From Octopus sinensis (lineage: Eukaryota), in contig NC_043010.1 of NCBI RefSeq assembly GCF_006345805.1, forward strand, positions 11,222,001 through 11,286,000: a DNA stretch of 64,000 nt. The letters run 5' to 3'. Both the position numbers and the translations under genes were made by a program. Below, piece by piece: positions 25,399 through 37,860 of this stretch. The notes beneath the pieces were generated by a model. That model ran no database searches, was not told where the DNA came from, and saw nothing but the letters and a program-made list of their open reading frames with translations. Positions within the stretch are counted from its first letter, which is position 1; every line of letters begins with the position of its first letter.

Positions 25399-27765
25399 GG
25401 AGGGAGCTGGAAGTCTTCTGGCTATTGTCGCTATTTTCAGACTATTTGTATCAGCAGAATTGTATAAACTTCTTGATTCTATTGTAGGTGTACATCTTCC
25501 ACTTGTGTCATTAGTGCTTCGAGATGCAGAAACGAGGTTATTAGATTGAGAAACTAAATGATATATTTCACTCCTCTCTGGATTTGATTGGTCTATTGGC
25601 GTTGCGCGTTGGACACGCCGGCCATTTTTATATCTGATAATGCACGCTATCATAGAAACCAAAATAACTACCAAAACTATCATAGCTGCAAATGTGATTA
25701 CGGCTACCAAATAAAGAGGAATATAATTGCCGGACTTTCTGCTCTGAGCAGATAATGATGTTTTGTTACTGACAGACAGTGTCAATGAGAGAGTTGTTGT
25801 TGCTGAGAGAACTGGTGTGCCGCTGTCTTTGACGACAGCCTTTAAGTCATAAGATCCAGCATCGTTTTGATATACTGCACGGGAAAAAGATAACATGCCA
25901 GTGTAGGGATTTATAAGAAATAACTGTTTGTCATTACCACCAGTTATTTCATATTTGAGAAATGCATTTCTTGGACTGTCCCTGTCTGATGCTTTTAGGA
26001 CTGTGATGTCATTCTTGCTCTGAGGATGATAGTGAATGTCTAAACTGAAGGGGTTAATGCTAGGAAAGGTGAAATAGGGAGCATTGTCGTTCTCATCAAC
26101 AACTTCAACAATAACATTTGATGTGCTATTTAGAGAAGGTCTCCCATTGTCTCTGACAAATACTTCAAATTTATATATTTCTTGCTGTTCTCTATCAAGT
26201 GGCTGTGAAGTTAAAATGAATCCTGTGTCTGTAATCTGAAAAGGAAGGATTCGGTTTTTGTTTTGTAAAAAAAAGAATGTTAATTGTCCTCCATCACCCA
26301 AATCCTCATCTGTTGCATTAATGAATCCAACTGGGAAGTTGGATTTTTCATTTTCATAAACTAAGAATCGGAAGTTCTCTTTTGTAAAACGAGGTTTTAC
26401 ATCGTTGACATCAGTAATTTGAACAGAGAATTTTCTTTTAGTCCTCAGAGGAGGTAATCCTTTATCTTGGCAGGAAATACTTATTTCATAATGGTCCTTA
26501 ATTTCTCTGTCAACAGGTTTCTTCAATGTAACTTTATATTCTTTGAAGTCTAAATTTTGCAGCTGGAAATGGTCATGCTGGAGATCACAGTTAACTCGAC
26601 CATTTGGCCCAATGTCATTGTCAGTCACTTTCACAAAAGCAATAAAAGCACCAACTTTAATGTTTTCTGAAATTGATAATGTATTCTCTCTTAATCCAGA
26701 CACAAAATTAACATCTATTATTGGGGCATTATTTTGTTGGTTGGTAATATTTATCAGCACCATAGCAAGATGAGTAAGAGGTGGATTCCCACCATCTTTG
26801 GCTTCAACATATAACTGAAATAATTCTTTATGTCCAGAAGGAAGTTTTTCTCTTTGGAAAATTTCCCCAGTATGCTTGTTTAATTTGAAATAACTTCTAG
26901 TCGCTTCAGATGTTTGAGAACTGAAATAATATAAAACTTGTCCATTTTCATGTATATCCAAATCTTTTGCTGATAAAATAATAACAGGTTTATTCCTCAA
27001 ATTTGTGTTTTCTATAAAAACGTGATATTCATTTTTGAGGAAAACTGGAGGGTTATCGTTAACATCTGTTACAGTTATTTTAACATTTAATGTGCTCTGT
27101 TTTGGGGGAAAACCTCCATCTTTTGCAATCACTTGAAGACTGTATGAATCTTTCACTTCTCTGTCAAGTTCCACAGCCAATACAATTTCTAGTTTAGCAG
27201 TTCCATCAACTCTTTTAGATACCGACAACGTAAAGGGTGTATCAAGTCTTTTCTGGAACTCATATGAAATCTGTGAGTTTTCAATTCCAACATCTTTATC
27301 AATTGCATTTGGTAGAGAATGCGACATACCTTTTCTGTCACCTTCTGAGAAGGTAAGGTTTACCTGCCTTACAGGAAATTCAGGTGTATTATCATTGATA
27401 TCTTGTATAAATACTTTGATTTTTAAAACATCCACAAAAGTTTCGTCCTTATGAACAGCAACGTGAAGAATTCTAGAGCATTCGGTATTGTATTTACAGA
27501 GCGATTCAGCATCAATATTCTGTGATGTGTACAATTTCCCTGTCTTTGAAACGTTAAATAAAGAAACGATGCTAAATTTACTCATCCTTAATAAACTAAA
27601 TGTTACCAAATCATTATCCAGAAGAGATATACCATCCAGAAGCTGCTTGTCTGCGGCTATATCTCCAATATAGGTACCGACATGTTTCCTTTCCTCTACA
27701 TAGTAGGTGAGGTGCACAGCAAGACAAGGAGGAAGAAATAAAGCCAGCCATAGTGTAACAAACAT
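25396..27765 (-). CDS. PCDH: Protocadherin, large ectodomain-TM exon (790 codons; signal peptide, 6 EC repeats, TM, proximal cytoplasmic tail); further 3' exon(s) not identified
   Basis: The listed 805-aa ORF starts at a GTG; the first in-frame ATG is 27765 (MFVTLWLALFLPPCLA signal peptide). Cadherin motifs DINDNTP, LDRE, DVNDNPP, DREIKD, DVNDVKP, LDREQQE, DENDNAP and DxD; EC1 C-X5-C (CKYNTEC) as in protocadherins; hydrophobic TM LYLVAVITFAAMIVLVVILVSMIACII followed by RYK. Frame runs into CAG|GTAAGT at 25396/25395; unspliced read-through stops at 25375. Symbol is family-level only. Confidence 0.96.
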
Positions 27766-27821
27766 ATCCTTGCAGGTTATGGGCCAGTTCACATGATACT
27801 GGGTCTAGCAGCAAAGTAAAT

Positions 27822-27842
27822 CTGAAATGAAAGAGGGAAAAT
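27822..27842 (-). promoter_or_regulatory. 3' splice acceptor of the protocadherin exon (implies an upstream non-coding exon)
   Basis: Minus strand reads tattttccctctttcatttcag|atttac: polypyrimidine tract plus CAG, 56 nt upstream of the ATG. Confidence 0.75.
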
Positions 27843-28163
27843 ACAAGCATGAGTTACAGTAACAAAAGAAAAAATAGTAATATACATACATTTATATCTA
27901 TGCACTAATATATAGATACATATATACATACATACATTTTATATGTATATATATATATAGATAGATACATATATATAGATACATATATCCATACATACAT
28001 ATATAGATACATATATACATACATACATTTATATATATATATATATATACACATATATACACACACACATGGGTGTGTTGTGCATCTATCTGTGTGTTTC
28101 TAAGTATACATATACATATCTAGGGAGAGAGGGCAAGAGAAAGAGGGAGATATGTATATGTAC

Positions 28164-28209
<46 letters not shown>

Positions 28210-28245
28210 TAAATATTATGTATATTTCTACATATATTGTGTGTG

Positions 28246-28279
<34 letters not shown>

Positions 28280-28673
28280 TTACACACGCCCACACACACA
28301 CACACACCCATATATATATATATACATACACACACACATACATATGTATAATACATATATATAAAAGAGAGGAAGAGAGATAACGGAAATAAGACAACAA
28401 TAAAAAAAAAATTATATTTGATTATTCAAAATAATATTTAGTCCTGGAAGAATTTCTTTTAAGCTTCCTTATCTCAGCAGAATAACTCAATAAAGGAGAA
28501 AAGAAAATAAAAGAGGCAAAGATAAGAGTCTGAAAATCATATACAGAACCGAAATAGTTGACATTGTAGCTAGAAATTTATAAAGATAAGCTGGTGGGAG
28601 GAGTGGCAGTGGGGGTGATGGGGAGAGGTATGAACAAGCAGAAGATAGATGAATCAAAGACAATATTTTCTGA

Positions 28674-28711
<38 letters not shown>

Positions 28712-28888
28712 TTTTTTTTTTCCCTTGCTCAAAGATATAACATTTATTTATGTGTATATATAATATATATATATATATATATATGGATATATATATATAA
28801 TATATATGGAATAGGATAATATATTATATATATATAATATATTATATATATATATATGTATATATGTATGTATTATATATATATATAC

Positions 28889-28942
<54 letters not shown>

Positions 28943-29592
28943 GATCATATATATATAGATATATATAGATATAGATATAATATATATATATATATATATA
29001 GAAATATATGTATACATACATGTGTGTATTGTATACATGCATATATATGTATATATATATATGCATATCTATATCTATATATATATATACACACACACAT
29101 ATATATATATATACACATACACACGTACATATATATATGTATAAATGGGTATGCTTGTGTGTATGCATAAACATATAAGTATATCGATCTATATACATAT
29201 ATATGACTCTCTATGTGTATGTGGTGTGTGCATGTATATATGTATACACACTTTTTCTTTTTCAGATCATGAGAGAATTCTAAGGTAGAACTGACATATA
29301 GGGATAAACTTCAGTATAACTGAAATGGTACTGAAAATCCGTTAATATTTACGTTCATTTCAAAGCAATGTTGTACAATAAGTAACTAACTTATTTTTAA
29401 GATTAAATATTTATTTAACATCCATAACATATTTTGCATTCTCTTAGTTAAAGAACTTAGCTTATCCTGATTATTCACCTTCTACACTCGTATATTTTTA
29501 CTGAGCTAAGAAGACAGAAGAGCCTTTATGAAGTCAGTTGACCAACTAGAGACAGAAGGAAAATATCTAGCAAACCACAACTCTTAAATAAT

Positions 29593-29805
29593 TTTTTCTA
29601 ATAAGGACACAAGGCCTGAAATTTCGGAGTAAGGGACAAGTCGATTATATCGACCCCAGTGCATAGCTGGTACCTATTTAATCGATTTCGAAAGGATGAA
29701 AGGCAAAGTCGACCTCGACGGAATTTGAACTCAGAACATAGCGACAGACGAAACACCGCTAAGCATTTCGCCTGGCGTGCTAACGTTTCTGCCAGCTCGC
29801 CAAGG
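29593..29805 (-). mobile_element. SINE family B
   Basis: Reverse complement of the family B head, B box and core. Confidence 0.85.
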
Positions 29806-29877
29806 CATAATAGACGGAGAATGCAGTCAAAAATACCTATATATGTATATATTTATGTATATATGCATATATATATA

Positions 29878-30271
29878 TACTCTTTTACTCTCTCTCTTTT
29901 ACTTGTTTCAGTCATTTGACTGCGGCCATACTGGAGCACCGCCTTTAATCGAGCAACTCGACCCCGGGACTTATTCTTTTGTAAGCCCAGTACTTATTTT
30001 ATCGATCTCTTTTGCCGAACCGCTAAGTAACGGGGACATAAACACACCAGCATCGGTTGTCAAGCAATGCTAGGGGGACAAACACAGACACACAAACATA
30101 CACACGCATATATATATACATATATACGACGGGCTTCTTTCCACTCACAAGGCTTTGGTCGGCCTGAGGCTATAGTAGAAGACACTTGCCCAAGGTTCCA
30201 TGCAGTGGGACTGAACCCGGAACCATGTGGTTGGTAAACAAGCTACTTACCACACAGCCACTCCTGCGCCT
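29878..30271 (-). mobile_element. SINE family A, young copy
   Basis: Full match with a small internal deletion. Confidence 0.9.
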
Positions 30272-30276
30272 ATATA

Positions 30277-30313
<37 letters not shown>

Positions 30314-30533
30314 GCACACACACACATACATACACACACATAGATAGTTAGATTGTTCGAAGTAGCGTTCAGATTTTATATATTAAATAAAAGGTGGTCG
30401 TCAGAATTTGGTATAATTATCTATTAGTGCTTCCATCTCATTCATTTCTGAGACTCATCAGATATGAGTTTTACAGAAAATGTTATGCTTTTTCTGTAAA
30501 TCGGAAGAGAATGTTTTTTTGGTAATCTGTGTG

Positions 30534-30580
<47 letters not shown>

Positions 30581-30612
30581 ATATAGATATATATATATAT
30601 ATATATTGTATA

Positions 30613-30671
<59 letters not shown>

Positions 30672-30888
30672 TATCTATATATAACATATATATATAATAT
30701 ATATTATATATAGTATATATTATAGGTATATATAGATATCTATATATATATACATAATATATATAGTATATTATATATATCTATGTATCTATAATTATAA
30801 TATATATATATATATGTATATATATAATATATAGATATACATATATATATATATATATATACTATTATATATATATATATAAATATAT

Positions 30889-30929
<41 letters not shown>

Positions 30930-31086
30930 ATTATATACGTGTGTACGTATAGTGTGTATCTATGCGTATGCATGTGTGTATCAAGCATGTGTGTGGTGAA
31001 TTTTCGGAGATTTTGACAGAGAAAGAAAAAGAGAAAGAGAGAAAAACTGGAAGATAGAAGATTGTATGCATATCATCATCATCATC

Positions 31087-31358
31087 ATCATCATCATCGT
31101 TTAACATCCGTTTTCCATGCTAGCATGGGTTGGACGGTTTGACGGGGTCTGGGAAGCCAGGAGGCTGCATCAGGCTCCAGTCTGATCTGGCAGTGTTTCT
31201 ATGGCTGGATGCCCTTCCTAATGCCAACCACTCCATGAGTGTAGTGGGTGTTTTTTACGTGCCACCGGTACAGGTGCCAGAGGAGCTGGCAAACGGCCAC
31301 GATTAGTTGGTGCTTTTTATGTGTCACCGACACAAACACCAGTCAGGTGGCGCTGGCA
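31087..31358 (-). mobile_element. SINE-like family C with (GAT)n tail
   Basis: Minus strand contains gttggcattaggaagggcatccagcc and ends ccatgctagcatggaaaacggatgttaaacgatgatgat; related copy at 43305 and several short tail fragments elsewhere. Confidence 0.7.
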
Positions 31359-31437
31359 TATATATATATATGTACATATATATATGTACATATATATGTA
31401 CATATATATACACACATCATCATTATCATTGTATGTG

Positions 31438-31485
<48 letters not shown>

Positions 31486-31507
31486 CCTCTCTTTCTCTCT
31501 CTCCCCC

Positions 31508-31551
<44 letters not shown>

Positions 31552-31553
<2 letters not shown>

Positions 31554-31858
31554 GCATGACAATACTCCCTCCCACTCTGCTAGGAAACCCAAACATTGCT
31601 AGTATCTTATAGCATACAAGGTTGATGGTATGGCCACCAGCATCTCTGGATCTCAACCCTATAGAAAATTTTTGGTCCATCATTAAACACGAAGTTTATG
31701 CCAATGGACACCAATTAAAATCAAAAGATGTCTTATGAGTGACCATCAAATCTGCAGCAGAGGCAGTCCAGCCTGCTACTATTAAGAAATTGTCAAATTC
31801 CATGACTAATAGGGTTTTTGAAGTTATCCATCAAAATGACACTCATGTGGCTAAATAA
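31552..31858 (+). pseudogene. Tc1-family (DD34E) transposase C-terminal relic
   Basis: MHDNTPSHSA ... MVWPPASLDLNPIENFWSIIK...; 103 nt between the D (31558) and E (31664) codons equals 34 codons plus a 1-nt frameshift. Confidence 0.85.
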
Positions 31859-32934
31859 TATATTATGTTAATAAATATTATAATATTATTATTGTTTTCT
31901 ATTAAATATATACTCAATGTATGCTTAATATGTATCATTACTCTTCATTTTCTGAAAAAAAATGTCTAGATGGGCTATTTTCATTTAAAAGCTATTAGTG
32001 TGGTTCACCCAAAAACTGAAGAAACTGAAATAAAAAAAAGGACATTATACTGAATAATGAAAACATAACAATAGCATTGCCATAGTGTACAAACTATCTG
32101 GGAAAATTTTTATCAAAATTGATTCACAGAAAACCAAGAAATCCTAAATTTAACTCCTAAGCTATTAACATGGTTCTGGGTGTATATATAAATACACATA
32201 TACATATTCATCATCATCATCATTTTAGCATCAACTTGTCCTTGCTTCCACGGATCAAAAGAAATTCAGAGGCAGATTTTTCTATGGCCAGATGCTCTTC
32301 CTGTTCAGCAACCCTTGTTTAATTCCAAGTAAGGACATATTTCCCCTAATCCTTTGAGCATGAACAGCAGAATGGCCAAACATGTTTTCATGGCAGATTG
32401 CAAATAAATAACACTACATATATGGGAATGATTTTTGTTTACAATAAGACAAGACAAGGTGACATTCATGCAAATACACAGATACACACACATATGATAA
32501 GGGTTTGTTTTATTTTCAGTGTTCATCTACCAGGTCTAATTGCAAGCTTTTTGTCTGTCAGGGGATGTAGTAGATAAAACTTGTTCCAGGTCCCTCACAG
32601 GGAAGGGAATATAACTGGCTAAATTAACTTGGCTTTATATTTTATGAGCACTAGAGAAATAATAGGTAAGGTCAATCCTGATGGCATTTGATCTCCTTAA
32701 TTGACAAATTCAGTGATTGAGTCTGTTATAAGCATGGATGTGAAGTGCAGGGATGTCTATCTACATAGGAAGATCCCTTTGCAATTATATGGTTTTGGTT
32801 TCAGTCCCATTGAACCCACTGCATGACACCTTGGGCAAGGGTCTTCTACAATAGGCTTGGGCCAATCAATGCCTCGTGAATGAATTTCGTTGATGATGGA
32901 TGGAAACTGTGTGGGAGTTTGGTACATATTTATT

Positions 32935-33310
32935 CTTTTACTTGCTTTCCAGTCACTTGACTGTGGCCATACTGGAGCACCACCTTGAAGGGTTTTAGTC
33001 GAATAAATTGACCCCAAAGACTTATTTTTTTAAGCCTAGTACTTAGTCTATCAGTCCTTTTTGTTGAACCGCTAGGTTATTGGTATGTAAACACATCAAC
33101 ACCAGTTGTGAAGCAGTGATGGGGGACAAACACAAACACAAAGATACACACTCATATATATGCATGTGTGACAAGTGTCTTTCAGCTTCAGTCACTCACA
33201 AAGATTTGGTCTGCCCAAGGCTAGAGAACAAGACACTTGCTCAAGTGCCACACAAAGAGACTGAACTCAGAGCCAAGTGGCTGACAAGTAAGCTACTTAC
33301 CACACAGCCA
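32935..33310 (-). mobile_element. SINE family A, diverged copy
   Basis: cttttacttgctttccagtcacttgactgtggccatactggagcacc...agctacttaccacacagcc. Confidence 0.75.
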
Positions 33311-33339
33311 CGCCAGAATCTATATATTATTTACATATT

Positions 33340-33580
33340 TATGTGTATATATGTATATATGTCGTTGTGTTTGTTTGTCTCACCACTGTATGGTAACCAG
33401 TGTTGCTTTGTTTATGTGCCTGTATCTTATTGTTCAGCAAAAGAGACCAACAGAATGAATATGGGAGTTTAAAATAAATATTCAGGGGTCGATTTGCCTG
33501 ATTAAAAACCCTTCAAGGAGATGCCACTCCAGTATGGCCACAGTACAATGACTGAAGCAAGTAAAAGAAAACAAAAATAC
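33340..33580 (+). mobile_element. SINE family A 3' half, diverged
   Basis: ...ggggtcgatttgcc...ccagtatggccacagtacaatgactgaagcaagtaaaag. Confidence 0.7.
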
Positions 33581-33603
33581 CAAAGAAAAAAAAAGAAACA
33601 ATA

Positions 33604-33898
33604 CAAAGCCTTGTGAGTGGATTTGGTAGACGGAAACTGAAAGAAGCCCATCGTATATAAATATATATGCGTGTGTGTGTTTGTGTGTCTGTGTTTGTCC
33701 CCCTAGCATTGCTTGACAACCGATGCTGGTGTGTTTATGTCCCCATTACTTAGCGGTTCGGCAAACGAGACCGATAGAATAAGTACTGGGCTTACAAAAG
33801 AATAAGTCCCTGGGTCAAGTTGCTCGATTAAAGGCTGTGCTCCAGCATGGCCGCAGTCAAATGACTGAAACAAGTAAAAGAGTAAAAGAGTAAAAGAG
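33604..33898 (+). mobile_element. SINE family A, young 5'-truncated copy (the only young plus-strand copy)
   Basis: aaagccttgtgagtggatttgg...gactgaaacaagtaaaagagtaaaagagtaaaagag. Confidence 0.9.
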
Positions 33899-35049
33899 AA
33901 TGCCTGATTAGAACTCCAAAACATTTAACCTGAACCTAAAGGTCACTATGAAATATGACTCAAACTTACACTGTACTCCATATACCTAGATTATTGCAAC
34001 CAACTATCAAACAATTCACTACATACCAATGAATCCAACACACAAGACATCATCCCAAGCCTACCGCATGCCATAGTATACCATTGTAACCCATACGGCA
34101 CTATTGGAACTGCTTATACAATTGAAAGCTAACTCAATTTAAACCTAACTGTTCATTATAGATTTACTGATAATAATTTTTCACACTTTAATGAGTTCTT
34201 CTAATTTCAAGGGTTTTTTTTTTGTTTATTTTTATGTTTATTTGGTTTTGTCATTGTTACATAGTTTATTTTTATTTTTATTTTTATTACTTTTATTTTT
34301 AGTTTGAAATATTTATTGCTTTTGTTTTAATTGTAAAATTTAAATTTAGGAAAATAACTGCAATTCTGTAAGCAGTTTATTCCTCACCAGTATAATTACC
34401 TTCTGTGTGAAACAACAGTCGTCAGTCAAAAGTAATTAGACTCGCCTGAGAGGCACACATTATAGTAAAAGTTGACGCCTAGACTAATAACTTGCGGGAA
34501 CAAAAATAAACAATAACAGAATCTATCAATAGGAAAAAGAGAAAATGTATAAAGCAAAAAAGAGTTGGGAGATTTTTGAAAAGATGAAGGTTTTGTACAG
34601 AGGGTTGCGTGGGGCTGTTGTGTGTTGGGTGCAGAATGGAGTGGAGCACACGATGGAGACGTGGTCAGGGGCGATGGGGGGTGGGGGTGGGTGGTTAAAG
34701 AAGAGAGCTGCAGCAGCTTATGGTTTCCTTCTCTGAGCATTTATATTTAAGGAGGAATGAATGATTGAAAGAATGAGTAAATGAATGAATTAGAAAATTA
34801 TACCATTCTATTTTTCTGTTTGATCTTGTTGTTGTAGTTGTTGTTGTTTTTTTCCAAAAGAATGACAACAAAATGTATTGATTTTTTTTTGTTTGATTTG
34901 TTGGATATTTTTCTTGTATTTTTTTTTTCAGTTTTTTTTTTCCATTTATTTATTTTTTTTGTTCTTTTACCTGAGTAATTATCATCACATTGCAGGTTCT
35001 CTATAGCTTATTTTTTTTGTTCTCTCTTTTTTCTCTACATAATTATATA

Positions 35050-35124
35050 CAGTTCCACTACCATCTACCACCATCTACCATCTACCCATGGGTAGATGGT
35101 AGATGGCAGATAGAAGTGGAACTG
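35050..35124. mobile_element. 75-bp fold-back mini element
   Basis: TA|CAGTTCCACT...AGTGGAACTG|TA ends, with a perfect 36-bp loopless central palindrome at 35071-35106. Confidence 0.55.
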
Positions 35125-35771
35125 TATACCCCCCTACCCTCCTTATCACACGCATGCTCATCCTACTTCATCATGCTCTAATCCATACTGTAAACAACAC
35201 CATGATATATAACACCTCCACCACCAACACTACCATCACCACAACCATCCCCCCAGACTGCCGCCGCCATCACCACCACCACCAAAGCCGCCGCCACCAC
35301 CAGCACCACCATCACTACAACCTCCTTGGCCATCATCACCGACAAAGCTACTTCAATTATGAGTCAAGAAAACCATTATGAGATCACTCAACAACCAACT
35401 AGTAAAAAGAAATAGCAGCAAAATTCCCTTATGTCATATCCTGTTGCCTTTAAAGAGGAAGGACACTGTGTACCATAAAATCTTAGATATACAAAGAATG
35501 GAATGGAATGGTATGGTCACACCTTGCAATACATTTCATTACAGCATTGCTCAGTTTAGTCAAGGGTGATTCTGTGACAAAACTACTACTACTACTACTA
35601 CTACAATTTTCCCAACTGTGGAAAACATCCTCATCTTTATAACAAATGTCATCAGCATACCATCACAGACTTAAGAAGGAGAGCTTGATCAGCTAAAATA
35701 CAAGCCAAACCACACCTTATTGTCTTAAAAAAACTTTTATTATTATTATTATCATCATCATCATCATCATT

Positions 35772-36288
35772 AGAGAGCAATGCATGTCCTCAAAGTGACA
35801 CTGGGATACAAATATACGAAGCCCAATATACCCATCATGACTACCTGGCTGGCAAGGGTACACCAGGCACATGCATCACAACCATATGTGCACAACATGG
35901 TGATCTCATATCAAGATAAATGGCGCATGACCATGTGGGTGGGGCCCAATTAGAATTTTATTCAGGTCAAGTAGCCCATCATGCTGAAAAGGTTCCAAAA
36001 AAGGTTTGTTTAAGGATCATGAATGAAACACCCATGTTTTCAGAGGTGAATTATATAAACTTCAAAGAATTCCTCTCAATACATGGCTACTTCTGCTCAT
36101 GATCAGAGATGCACATATCATCAGCCACTAAGGGACATGCTCAACTGGTTAAGGTCAAGCAACTGACAAGCAAATCTGTGGCATTGAGCAGAATATTTGC
36201 TGTAGCCCATCATTTATACCAAGACAAAACATGTACATGATAACACTTCCTATCAATTTAGATCAAAATTCATGAGAGTCACAGCCTG
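35772..36288. mobile_element. Unclassified about 500-bp interspersed repeat embedded in ATT/ATC tracts (copy 1)
   Basis: Clearly homologous to 54025-54463; no coding signature; trinucleotide tracts at both ends. Confidence 0.7.
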
Positions 36289-36322
36289 TTATTATTATTA
36301 TTATTGTTGTTGTTGTTGTTGT

Positions 36323-36503
36323 ATTTCGTCTGCCATTACGTTCTGAGTTCAAATTCCACCGAGGTCGACTTTGCCTTTCATCCTTTCGGGGTCGATAAAT
36401 TAAGTACCAGTTACGCACTGGGGTCGATGTAATCGACTTAATTCGTTTGTCTGTCCTTGTTTATCCTCTCTGTGTTTAGCCCATTGTGGGTAGTAAAGAA
36501 ATA
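36323..36503 (+). mobile_element. SINE family B, 5'-truncated
   Basis: tatttcgtctgccattacgttctgagttcaaattcc...gggtagtaaagaaata. Confidence 0.85.
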
Positions 36504-36719
36504 AGTATGTATTCTAAGAATCCTCGTAGATGGTGCTGTAGCATGACCAAGGTCCAACGACTGAAGCTAGTAAAAGAATGGTATGGTAGTTTTCCATCTC
36601 TATAGAGTAAAATATCGTTCATTATGTTACACCGTAAAGGAAGACTTGAAAGAGTGAAATAATTGCAGATGCATTGCATCGCTTGCAGCTGCAAGGAAAT
36701 AATTTTCCACTAAGTTGCT

Positions 36720-37200
36720 CCTTACAATGAGATGCAGATGATGGAAGACCCGTCTACAATATGTACACATAGCTTTTAGTCATTTAGTGAGGGCACAAGT
36801 AATGACCATTAATTGTTAAGCGATGCATGTGAACCGAGAGTTTGCGGAAGTAATGCTGGAGGTTGTGGATCATACAAATTTCTTTGGATCCTTTGTTTCA
36901 AATGACAATAACATATTATGAGAACTAACTGCTGCATGTGTCTCCAGAACAGCAGAAATGATCAGCATATTACTATAAACTAACAGGGCATTCATTAAGC
37001 ATGATGGCATGCATGAGTGCTCCTTTAGTGGGTTCCACGCTTTTGTATTAGCGTTATTATCACAGTGTGTTGTGAGACTTGGTCAATAAACTAAAAGAAT
37101 TTCATGCAAGGTATTTGTTTTTCCAGAAACTGTCTGTTTATGTAAGGCTGATGTAGTTCCTATTAAACGGAGGAACACACGTTTAGAACTGAATGAGAGC
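36720..37200 (+). pseudogene. Old RTE-like reverse transcriptase relic
   Basis: Ordered degenerate motifs across frameshifts: ADD (36734-36742, YADD-like), EVVDHTNFFGSFVSNDNN, CETW (37071-37082, YGCETW-like). Confidence 0.4.
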
Positions 37201-37433
37201 AGAAGATCAAAAATTGTAGTTTTGCAAACCTGTATTATGAGGAGGTGGGAATTGAATGGCTGCTGCTGTGCATTTGATTAAAAGAGATGAGGAACTTGTA
37301 CTAACAGCAGTCATTAAAAGGGCTAATTAACGGATGAAGGGAAATTTGGTCAGTCTACAAAAGTAAACGCTATGGCTGTGAACATTCAGTTTCTGCTGCG
37401 GCTGCTGCTGCTGTTGTTGTGATTGTTCTTCTT

Positions 37434-37479
37434 GATGATGATGATGATGATGTGGTGGTGGTGGTGGTAGTGGTGGTGG

Positions 37480-37521
<42 letters not shown>

Positions 37522-37761
37522 CGATGATGATGATGACGATGATGATGATGACGGTGATGTTAATGATGATGATGATGAGGATGATGATGATTATGATGGC
37601 GATGTTGATGTTGATGATGATGATGATGATATGATGACGGTGGTGTTAATGATGATGATGATGATGATGATGTGGTGGTGGGGGTGGTGGTGGTGGTGGT
37701 GTTGGGGATGATGATGATGATGAGGAGGAGGAGGAGGAGGATTATGATGACGACGGTGATG

Positions 37762-37805
<44 letters not shown>

Positions 37806-37860
37806 GATGATATGATGACGGTGGTGTTAATGATGATGATGATGATTATGATGGTGATGA
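37434..37860. repeat. (GAT)n/(GGT)n compound microsatellite
   Basis: Direct reading. Confidence 0.9.

Noticed and set aside
26543-27850. Small ORFs overlapping the protocadherin exon
   Set aside because: Shadow frames of the real CDS.
30425-30470. CTGATGA-GTCTCA...TGAGA hammerhead-like motif, minus strand
   Set aside because: GAAA core and helices I and III missing.
32060-32089. Possible right TIR (AGTG|TA) of the Tc1 relic
   Set aside because: No matching left TIR found in the window.
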